Shown here one piece after another: positions 1 to 6,380 of a stretch of 7,790 nt of DNA. Position numbers and translations under genes: made by a program. The stretch is from the NCBI GenBank assembly GCA_030668875.1, contig DAOVER010000087.1, forward strand, positions 1 through 7,790. Reading direction: 5' to 3'. Each line of letters starts with the position of its first letter. Position 1 is the first letter of the stretch. The stretch is from Candidatus Heimdallarchaeota archaeon. GTDB taxonomy: Archaea; Asgardarchaeota; Heimdallarchaeia; Heimdallarchaeales; Heimdallarchaeaceae. A model generated the notes under the pieces. That model was given only the letters and a program-made list of their open reading frames with translations, had not been told where the DNA came from and searched no databases.

Positions 1-5
1 CTGGA

Positions 6-806
6 ATGGGGTTTATTAGGGAGTTCAATCATTGTATTTTGAAGAACATGAAAGTTCAACCATATCTGAGAGGTATTCTTTTTGGTTTTATTACAGCTTT
101 AATAACAACTTCAGTTGCAATAAGCATATATTATGGCGTAAGCTCTTCTGAAGATGAAGGATATAAGCTTTTACCGCCATTTGAGTGGGATTTCTCATCA
201 ATGAAAACACTTTCTTTACAAATGAATGAGCGATCTGAACACATTATAGCTCTAACAACAGAAACATCTATAGTGGGTCCGAATGGTGGTAGTACATTAA
301 TTCCATATTTTAACTATTCAGTTTTTTCAATTCACAGTTGGTATATTGCAGAAAATGATAAACAAATTTTACAGATGATGGATTATCTTGATAATACTAC
401 TGAGTACGAAACTTATTACATCATGAATGATAGCGTTTTAGATCCGCTTTATCATGCACTTACAACTGAGCTTGAAGCAGTTCAAAGTCAAACTGATGTC
501 TCTGAAAACTATTGGATAGAAATAAACGAAACTAGGAAGCCAGGTGTATTTTCTTTTGAAATTAAACAGATTTATAGAGATGGTTCAATGTTCTGGATAG
601 AAACTTATGATAATACAATCTTTATTCGTTTAGTAAGATTCACAGAATATATAGGAACTCCAACTAGTTGGGGGATAAGGCTTGAAAATCCTGAAGAGTT
701 TGAGGATGGTAGATCCAAATATGATTATTTCTACAAAGGTGAAATCCTAGAATTATTCCCAATTTATACAGAGGCAATAAATGAGTTCTTGGAGCAATTT
801 TACTAA
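6..806 (+). CDS. Hypothetical membrane-anchored protein (single N-terminal TM helix plus acidic/aromatic soluble domain); true start may be ATG 48
   Basis: 266-codon ORF. A hydrophobic stretch YLRGILFGFITALITTSVAISIYYGV follows MKVQP (ATG 48). No family recognised. It ends 21 nt before the next gene. Confidence 0.8.
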   Translation: MGFIREFNHCILKNMKVQPYLRGILFGFITALITTSVAISIYYGVSSSEDEGYKLLPPFEWDFSSMKTLSLQMNERSEHIIALTTETSIVGPNGGSTLIPYFNYSVFSIHSWYIAENDKQILQMMDYLDNTTEYETYYIMNDSVLDPLYHALTTELEAVQSQTDVSENYWIEINETRKPGVFSFEIKQIYRDGSMFWIETYDNTIFIRLVRFTEYIGTPTSWGIRLENPEEFEDGRSKYDYFYKGEILELFPIYTEAINEFLEQFY

Positions 807-818
807 TCCATATACAAA

Positions 819-824
819 AGTGAT
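819..824 (+). promoter_or_regulatory. Possible Shine-Dalgarno site (AGTGAT) for the 828 gene
   Basis: AGTGAT lies 3 nt before ATG 828 in a 21-nt gap and resembles the archaeal GGTGAT SD. This suggests co-transcription with 6..806. Confidence 0.4.
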
Positions 825-827
825 AAA

Positions 828-1748
828 ATGAAAGAACACGATTTGACTCAATCAAAGGCGATACTTGAAAATCCTGTTACATTGAAGCTTTTTATTTTTG
901 TTAAATCAAAAAATCCAGAAAGCGTAGGAATACGCGAAGCAATGAAAGCAACAGGGATGAGCAGCTCGAGCACAGCGAGTAGGCATCTTGACAAACTGGA
1001 AGAACATAACTTAATTCAAAAACTCCCATCAAACAGATTCACTTTAACTTCTGAAGGATTAAAAATGAGAAGTTTTGATGTACCAATTACAGTACCAGCA
1101 TACCTAGTAAAAGGAAACTTCGTTACTGTTTTATCATATCAGCTGACTTTTATTGTGATTATGATTATTTCCTCTTTCATTCTACTCTGGATTGACAAAT
1201 TACTGGCTGCAATAAATGGTTTATTAGGATTATTTGTTATATTATATGTAATTTTCAATCAATGGAGAACAATCAAACAACAGATAGATAGCCTCTCTAA
1301 ATTATCAATGGGATCTATTAATTATACTGAAGAAAGTTCGCAGAATAAATTGCAGGTATCACCAAATATCTTCAAAATTCTATCACTTGTATCTAGTGGT
1401 TTAACAGGTCTCTTTGCATCTGGAATTATGGGTTTTTATATCTTTCCAGCAGATGCAGGATATCTGAAGATGATGCAAATAAATAGTATTGTTGGATACA
1501 CTTGTGCAGCTTGTGCACTAATAACAATCGTGATCACAGTGATTTTTAAAAACAATAATCTTGTTTTTATGATATCTACGTTCATCACAGCAATTCTCGG
1601 TTCTCTTCTAATCGTTATATTTGTTGCTTATACACGATATGATGTATTTTCTCATTACCATTATGTTGTCCCATTATTCACTAGCATTCTTTCAATATCC
1701 TTTTTCTTTTTGTATATATTCTTAACAAAAAGAAGGAAGAAAGAATAG
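828..1748 (+). CDS. Membrane-bound winged-helix transcription regulator (wHTH + 2 TM) fused to an extra 4-TM module
   Basis: N-terminal VGIREAMKATGMSSSSTASRHLDKLEEHNLI resembles the archaeal wHTH pattern GVRE..R.L..SS.S.A..HL.KL. About six hydrophobic segments follow, ending in the basic tail KRRKKE. Confidence 0.8.
   Translation: MKEHDLTQSKAILENPVTLKLFIFVKSKNPESVGIREAMKATGMSSSSTASRHLDKLEEHNLIQKLPSNRFTLTSEGLKMRSFDVPITVPAYLVKGNFVTVLSYQLTFIVIMIISSFILLWIDKLLAAINGLLGLFVILYVIFNQWRTIKQQIDSLSKLSMGSINYTEESSQNKLQVSPNIFKILSLVSSGLTGLFASGIMGFYIFPADAGYLKMMQINSIVGYTCAACALITIVITVIFKNNNLVFMISTFITAILGSLLIVIFVAYTRYDVFSHYHYVVPLFTSILSISFFFLYIFLTKRRKKE
1315..1427 (+). repeat. Direct repeat copy 1 (113 bp), inside the 828 gene
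   Basis: Matches 2033..2145 at 108/113 positions by manual alignment, offset 718. Confidence 0.95.
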
Positions 1749-1771
1749 CTTAGATACCTTACTAAAAAAGA

Positions 1772-1860
1772 GAATGAATACCTAATTACATTTCTGGGAA
1801 ATACAGCTATACAATTACCACAGAGGATACAATAGAGTTGTGTAACTGATCTATAAGACC
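1772..1860 (-). pseudogene. 3' remnant of a 4Fe-4S dicluster (polyferredoxin/NapH-like) gene
   Basis: Minus strand 1831->1772 reads CILCGNCIAVFPRNVIRYSF, i.e. CxxCxxCxxxCP with the last Cys as Phe (TTT vs TGT). The upstream ...DQLHNS is in another frame. There is no start codon, and a T6 tract follows. Confidence 0.65.
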
Positions 1861-1989
1861 AATCTTCTTCTCTTTTAGAATTAACTCTTCTCTGTTCTCA
1901 AACGAATTCCAAGAAGCATCTCTAATCTCATCTGAACCAGTTAATTGATTTGTTTCTCAAACCTATGCTTCGAGGTCACTAATTGAAAT

Positions 1990-2004
1990 AATAAACTTAT
2001 TAAG
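1990..2004 (+). promoter_or_regulatory. BRE/TATA-like promoter (AATAAAC-TTATTAAG)
   Basis: TTATTAAG starts at 1997, 29 nt before the GTA (2026) that aligns with internal ATG 1308. The spacing equals that at genes 3252 and 3786. Confidence 0.55.
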
Positions 2005-2025
2005 CTTTATAACGATTCAAGTATA

Positions 2026-2220
2026 GTAGAACCTATTAATTATACTGAAGAAAGCTCTCAGAATAAATTGCAGGTATCACCAAATATCTTCAAAATTCTT
2101 TCACTTGTATTTAGTGGTTTAACAGGTCTCTTTGCATTTGGAATTGTAGGGGCTTATTTACTGTTAGCAGAGGGTATTTATCAACAGCAAACAGTGAGGG
2201 AAATCCTCAGAGCTCTGTAG
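2026..2220 (+). pseudogene. Start-less, truncated paralog of the 4-TM module of the 828 protein
   Basis: Reads VEPINYTEESSQNKLQVSPNIFKILSLVFSGLTGLFAFGIVGAYLLLAE..., against MGSINYTEESSQNKLQVSPNIFKILSLVSSGLTGLFASGIMGFYIFPAD (residues 161 onward). GTA stands where ATG is expected. Stop is TAG 2218-2220. Confidence 0.7.
2033..2145 (+). repeat. Direct repeat copy 2 (113 bp)
   Basis: 108/113 identical to 1315..1427. Confidence 0.95.
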
Positions 2221-2594
2221 TAATGTATCAGAGTGATGGAAATGCGATTTATTTTACATCAGGAGAACCAGCTCTTAAGGCAAGAAATATGAGAAAAAAC
2301 AATAATGTTTCCATAACCATTCCTTTCTGGAAAAATACACTTCATAAATTAATACCTGCACCCCCTGCCGAATTACATTTTAGAGGAAAAGTTGAGTTTT
2401 TAGATAGAAATCATGAAGAAATTCAAGCTAATCTAAAACGCTTTCTTGATTATGAAGAAAAAATGATAGACACCTCAGAGTCAATTTATCTTAAAGTCAC
2501 TCCTGGAAAGAAAATTGCTACATTTGGCGTTGGTATTAAATTATTGCAAATGAGGAAACCAGAAAAAGCACGAAATTTGATTGACTGGGACTAG
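2169..2594 (+). pseudogene. Pyridoxamine 5'-phosphate oxidase-like (split beta-barrel, FMN/F420-binding) protein, apparently 5'-truncated; ORF track start is 2223
   Basis: In frame upstream of ATG 2223 lies RGYLSTANSEGNPQSSVV, the conserved first strands of the family. IYFTSGEPALKARNMRKNNNVSITIP follows. No in-frame ATG/GTG/TTG occurs between stop 2112-2114 and 2223. Confidence 0.7.
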
Positions 2595-2711
2595 TGTTTT
2601 TCATCATTACTCATATAAAAAAAGAATTGGAAAAAAGCTTTGAACTGTTACAGAATATTTCTAAGGATGAAGTATCTTTTTTATACTGAAAGCTTCTGAT
2701 TAATACTATAT

Positions 2712-3178
2712 GTGAAAAAAATGGATGAAGATATAATCAATTTAACCAAAGAGCTAATATCTCAAGTTTATGCGGTCTTTCTAGCAACTATTGATGAACA
2801 TGGCAGTCCATACATTCGAGCGGTTTTCAATTTAAGAAGCGTTGAAAAATTCCCAAAACCTGCAAAAGTAATTGAAGAATATGACAAAAATCCGTTATTG
2901 GTTTACATCTCGACCAACACAGCATCTGTAAAAGTAGAACAAATCAAAAAAATGATGAAGTTGCACTCTATTACTGTAAACCAAATGATGTCAAGGGTAT
3001 CATGCTAAAAGGGAGAGCAGAAATTTTAGACGATATGGATTTTAAAAAGCAAATCTGGGATGATAAATGGAAAATTTATTATCCTGAAGGAGTAACAAAT
3101 CCGGATTTTACAATACTTAGAATCATTCCCAAGTATCTAAAAGGATGGGATAAAGGTCATCTTGAGATCAAATTGTAA
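2712..3178 (+). pseudogene. PNPOx-like / general stress protein 26-type flavin-binding protein, split by a 1-nt frameshift in A7 (2946-2952)
   Basis: Frame 3 gives VFLATIDEHGSPYIRAVFNLR...VYISTNTASVKVEQIKK. The -1 frame continues NDEVALYYCKPNDVKGIMLKGRAEILDDMDFKKQIWDDKWKIYYPEGVTNPDFTILRIIPKYLKGWDKGHLEIKL to TAA 3176-3178. One extra A restores a 155-aa protein. Confidence 0.85.
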
Positions 3179-3214
3179 CATAATTTGGGCAACATCGCAT
3201 AGTAGAGCGAATAA

Positions 3215-3230
3215 AAACAAAATATAAATA
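3215..3230 (+). promoter_or_regulatory. BRE/TATA promoter of the DinB-family gene
   Basis: An A-rich BRE-like run is followed by TATAAATA at 3223-3230, starting 29 nt before ATG 3252. Confidence 0.65.
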
Positions 3231-3251
3231 GAATTGTTCACTAGTAATTGC

Positions 3252-3746
3252 ATGAATGATGAGGGTATAAGTACCTTAAGTTCCATGTTGATTATACAGT
3301 TCAAGGACAAATGGAAACATCTCAACCAAGTTATAGATAAGGTTCCTGAGAAGAAATTTCATGTGGGAAAAAGTAATTGGCGCTTTTCTTGGATCCTCTT
3401 TCATATTATTGAAACAGCTGATTTTTATTCTAGGGACAATCCAGATACAATGAAATGGGGGGCCAAAGCAGGATTTGACTGGGAAAAGAGTTCTAAAGAG
3501 GAAATAGAAGAAAAGAAAATTACTATTACAAAGAATATGTTAAGGGAATATAGCAAAGAGATAGAACAAAGGATAGAACAATTTCTTAATGATATTTCTG
3601 ATGAGGAATTATTAAAAAAAGATGATTTTCATTGGTTTGATTCCATTTTAGGGAAAATGGTTTACATGCTTCGTCACAATGCTTTTCACATAGGAGAGCT
3701 AGCCAGAATTCTTCGAGGATGGGATGGCGAAAGATTCAAATGGTAA
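3252..3746 (+). CDS. DinB/YfiT-like (four-helix metal-dependent, S-transferase-like superfamily) protein
   Basis: His motifs WILFHIIET and MLRHNAFHIGEL, and a size of about 164 aa. ATG 3252 is preferred over TTG 3234 because the TATA box sits at 3223-3230. Confidence 0.85.
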   Translation: MNDEGISTLSSMLIIQFKDKWKHLNQVIDKVPEKKFHVGKSNWRFSWILFHIIETADFYSRDNPDTMKWGAKAGFDWEKSSKEEIEEKKITITKNMLREYSKEIEQRIEQFLNDISDEELLKKDDFHWFDSILGKMVYMLRHNAFHIGELARILRGWDGERFKW

Positions 3747-3748
3747 GA

Positions 3749-3764
3749 AGAAAAACTATTAATT
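3749..3764 (+). promoter_or_regulatory. BRE/TATA-like promoter of the hydrolase gene
   Basis: AGAAAAAC followed by TATTAATT at 3757-3764, starting 29 nt before ATG 3786. Confidence 0.55.
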
Positions 3765-3785
3765 TACGGTCTATTTCCTCACTTC

Positions 3786-4640
3786 ATGTCAAAACAAGAA
3801 AAGACCCATGAGGAGTATCTTGTTTCAGAATTTGAAAGCATAGCAAAGGAACAATACTTCAAAACTTCTGATGGTGCAGAAATTAAAGTGTTAACAACTA
3901 AAGCACCAAAGGATATAGCTATAGGTTATACACTAATGCTCATCCCTGGTTGGGGTACTGTAGTTCCTGGGTGGGAAAAAGTTTTAATGGAAGCTGCCAA
4001 AGATTTTGATGTTTTATACATCGAATCAAGGGAGAAGGGTTCTTTCCGTCCCAGCGAAAATAAAACAATAAATGACATCAATAGACTTGCCTTAGACGTT
4101 AAAGAAATTGTTGAACACCTTAAAATAGATCAAAACAGACTCATTACACTTACTTCTTCTTTCAGTACTCTGACTATTGCTGATTTATTAGGCACTAAGA
4201 AAATCAAACCTACTTTAAATGTTTTAATCGGTCCTGTATATCAGCTTAATATGCCACCTACAACTAGATATTTAATGCACATTTTTCCTAACTTCATAAT
4301 CAATTGGACAAAACCCATTTGGAGATGGTGGCTTCTAAAATTCAAGAGTGAGGATCCAGTTCAAGCTGCAAAATATATGCGTGTTCTAGAAGAATCAGAT
4401 TTTAAGAAATGGAGAGCTGTAGCAAAACGTGTATGTTTCACTAAAGTCTGGGATTTGTATAAACAAATAAGTGACACTAGGGTTGTGATTATTGGAATGG
4501 AGACAGACAAAATGCATACTGTTGAGTTGTCTAAGAGCATTTTAGCAGTAATCCCTAATGCAGAATACATTGACATGAAAACCAACAGAGCCACACATTC
4601 TGGTGAGATGATAGAAGTAATTAGGAAACTAATAAGCTAA
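3786..4640 (+). CDS. Alpha/beta-hydrolase fold protein
   Basis: LMLIPGWG oxyanion-type loop, DVLYIESREKGS (cf. D.RG.G.S), elbow LTSSFS, acid candidate in GMETDKMH, and a C-terminal His in RATHS. Confidence 0.8.
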   Translation: MSKQEKTHEEYLVSEFESIAKEQYFKTSDGAEIKVLTTKAPKDIAIGYTLMLIPGWGTVVPGWEKVLMEAAKDFDVLYIESREKGSFRPSENKTINDINRLALDVKEIVEHLKIDQNRLITLTSSFSTLTIADLLGTKKIKPTLNVLIGPVYQLNMPPTTRYLMHIFPNFIINWTKPIWRWWLLKFKSEDPVQAAKYMRVLEESDFKKWRAVAKRVCFTKVWDLYKQISDTRVVIIGMETDKMHTVELSKSILAVIPNAEYIDMKTNRATHSGEMIEVIRKLIS

Positions 4641-4658
4641 TGAATACAATCATCAACG

Positions 4659-4680
4659 TTCCAATTTCAAGTAATTGGAA
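4659..4680. terminator. Perfect 8-bp inverted repeat between convergent genes (possible terminator or binding site)
   Basis: TTCCAATT-tcaagt-AATTGGAA in the 89-nt gap between stops at 4640 (+) and 4730 (-). Function is not shown by the sequence. Confidence 0.3.
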
Positions 4681-4729
4681 ATCAAGGACTAGAGCAAAGC
4701 TATCAATTTGAATGACACATAAATAATTT

Positions 4730-6013
4730 CTAGAATTCTTGTTGTTTTTCAGCAATATATCGATAAACAGAATCGTAAGCTTTTTTCTCTATTTCCTTCA
4801 GAAATTTACTCTCCCCAGATTCTAAGAAATCAGTAACATAGGGTAATATAGCAGGTTTTTCAACTAGTTTTACAAACTCCCCCACATCAATCTTTCCAAT
4901 ATCTTTCTGATAATTAATAAAAAACTGCGCAGCATCATTTAGAGCATTTAATTCGGCCCGTGAGGTTTTTGTGTAAAAGCTCTTCAGATACTGTATCCTG
5001 TGAAGAATTTCAGATAGCCGTAGATTCTTTTCAAATCTTCCTTCTGGAACATATCTTTCAGAGGAATACCCTAAATCCAACTCATATCCCAGCTTATACC
5101 CTTTTATTTCTGGCCATATTAACCCCATTTCTTCGAATTTTTCTCTGTCTAGGTTGCCATATTTATCATTATTTCCATATAACACCTCATACTGTGGATA
5201 AATATCTGGAAAATGCTCAGAAAGGGTTTGCATGAATTCGTTTTTATTTCTACCTGGTTTCAGTGTTAAACCGAAACAGTAAACAAATTCAGCGTCAACT
5301 TCTTTTGCAGTTCTATATATTGCATTCATGTTTTCATCTGTGTCACCTATGAAAGGTAAAGTGGGATAGAAGAAAACTCCGGAGTGGATACCTTCTTCAC
5401 GTAATTTTTCAATTGCTTCAAACCTTTCTTGAGATGTACTTGCATTTGGCTCGAATATTTTTTGTTTCTTCTCGTCAGCCAAAGTTATTGTAAAACAAGC
5501 AGATACATGGCTATCCTCATTTACCTTTTTCAAAAGGTCAAGATCTCGCAAAATTAGATTGCTTTTAGTAAGGAAGAATACAGGAAACTTGTAATCATAA
5601 GCAATTTCTAAAAGCTTTCTTGTCATTTTAACTTCCTTTTCAACTGGTTGATATACGTCACATACTCCCCCTCCAATAAAAATAACAAACTTTCCTTTAT
5701 GTTTAGTATCAGCTGATTCTCGCAAATCTGGAAAATAATCAACTAATGAATGAGTCTTCTTTCTATTAATTGGAAAAAAGCCATTTTTCTTAAGATATTC
5801 TTCTAACAATTGAGGTGCATTCTTTTTTATGCGAATTCGGTTAGCAAAATCATCATGCATATAGTATCCTTCAGATTTACCATCACAGTATTTGCAATCG
5901 TGATAACATCCTTGATAGGGGTTCAAGTACATTTCTGACCAAGAAAATAAAGATGTTCTTGATTTTCTTATGAGTGATTTTGCCTCATATTCTTCAACAA
6001 TCATTTCATACAC
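4730..6013 (-). CDS. Radical SAM protein, spore photoproduct lyase-like (COG1533/SplB-like), with C-terminal PolX 8-kDa-like helical domain
   Basis: LNPYQGCYHDCKYC (CxxxCxxC at C36/C40/C43), DVYQPVE...TRKLLE, TKSNLILRDLDLL, EPNAST..ERFEA, PTLPFIGD. GTG start. Confidence 0.9.
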   Translation of the reverse strand: MYEMIVEEYEAKSLIRKSRTSLFSWSEMYLNPYQGCYHDCKYCDGKSEGYYMHDDFANRIRIKKNAPQLLEEYLKKNGFFPINRKKTHSLVDYFPDLRESADTKHKGKFVIFIGGGVCDVYQPVEKEVKMTRKLLEIAYDYKFPVFFLTKSNLILRDLDLLKKVNEDSHVSACFTITLADEKKQKIFEPNASTSQERFEAIEKLREEGIHSGVFFYPTLPFIGDTDENMNAIYRTAKEVDAEFVYCFGLTLKPGRNKNEFMQTLSEHFPDIYPQYEVLYGNNDKYGNLDREKFEEMGLIWPEIKGYKLGYELDLGYSSERYVPEGRFEKNLRLSEILHRIQYLKSFYTKTSRAELNALNDAAQFFINYQKDIGKIDVGEFVKLVEKPAILPYVTDFLESGESKFLKEIEKKAYDSVYRYIAEKQQEF

Positions 6014-6044
6014 TAATCTTCTCTTATCGAATTAATTTATTTTA

Positions 6045-6058
6045 ATATAAAAGTTTGA
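6045..6058 (-). promoter_or_regulatory. BRE/TATA-like promoter of the radical SAM gene
   Basis: Minus strand TCAAAC-TTTTATAT about 40 nt upstream of GTG 6013, implying a short leader. Confidence 0.5.
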
Positions 6059-6086
6059 TTTTTACCGCAATTATGAACGCAATATT

Positions 6087-6273
6087 TTACCCATTCTCAA
6101 TTACTCCTTCCTTAATATCAACCCTATCAATTTCCCATCGGAAGTATGTTTTTCCACCCACTTCATCATCAACAGAAGATCCTTGAGTAAAAACAACTAT
6201 TCATTCCTGCAGATGTTGTGAAAACTCTGAATACTTTATCTATGAAAGCTTTAATTAAAGCAGAAATCCTCAT
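6087..6273 (-). pseudogene. Frameshifted, truncated SRPBCC/AHSA1-like (START-fold) gene remnant
   Basis: ATG 6273 gives MRISALIKAFIDKVFRVFTTSAGMNS. After a 1-nt shift in a T run near 6192 it continues FTQGSSVDDEVGGKTYFRWEIDRVDIKEGVIENG*. This fits the family pattern I.A..EKV...TT..G...WF......GG...F.W. It is about 60 codons, under half the usual length. Confidence 0.7.
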
Positions 6274-6341
6274 ATGCCTGAAATAGAAACTACTCAAGTA
6301 TAAGCACTTATAGCAATTCTAACTATTCTTCACATAGAAGT

Positions 6342-6380
6342 AAAAAAACTGTTGAAATAAAAAAATAAGGAAGAAAAAAA
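6342..6380 (-). terminator. Oligo-T archaeal-type terminator after the surface protein gene
   Basis: Three T7 runs on the minus strand (6374-6380, 6359-6365, 6342-6348) directly after stop 6381. Confidence 0.6.

Noticed and set aside
664-855. Minus-strand 63-aa ORF
   Set aside because: Antisense shadow of the 6..806 and 828 genes with no recognisable motif.
1315-2145. Repeat pair as a diversity-generating retroelement TR/VR
   Set aside because: Only one of the five differences involves adenine (T/C, G/T, A/T, C/T, C/T), and no reverse transcriptase is present in the window.
2712-3008. 98-aa ORF as a complete protein
   Set aside because: The tail MMKLHSITVNQMMSRVSC is out-of-frame sequence. 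The family-like sequence continues in the -1 frame to 3178.
3137-3325. Minus-strand 62-aa ORF
   Set aside because: Overlaps the PNPOx tail, the DinB promoter and the DinB start on the opposite strand.
4361-4594. Minus-strand 77-aa ORF
   Set aside because: Entirely antisense to the hydrolase gene.
4658-4683. GTTCCAAT...AATTGGAAAT resembles an archaeal CRISPR repeat
   Set aside because: Single copy, no spacer periodicity, and no cas genes. It is better explained as an inverted repeat.
4960-5235. Plus-strand 91-aa ORF
   Set aside because: Entirely antisense to the radical SAM gene.
4730-6013. Naming the radical SAM gene splB (true spore photoproduct lyase)
   Set aside because: The motifs support only the broader COG1533 family, and substrate cannot be read from the sequence.
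6248-6261. Perfect 14-bp palindrome GCTTTAATTAAAGC as an operator
   Set aside because: It coincides with the codons ALIKA of the SRPBCC remnant, is AT-rich, and has no second copy.
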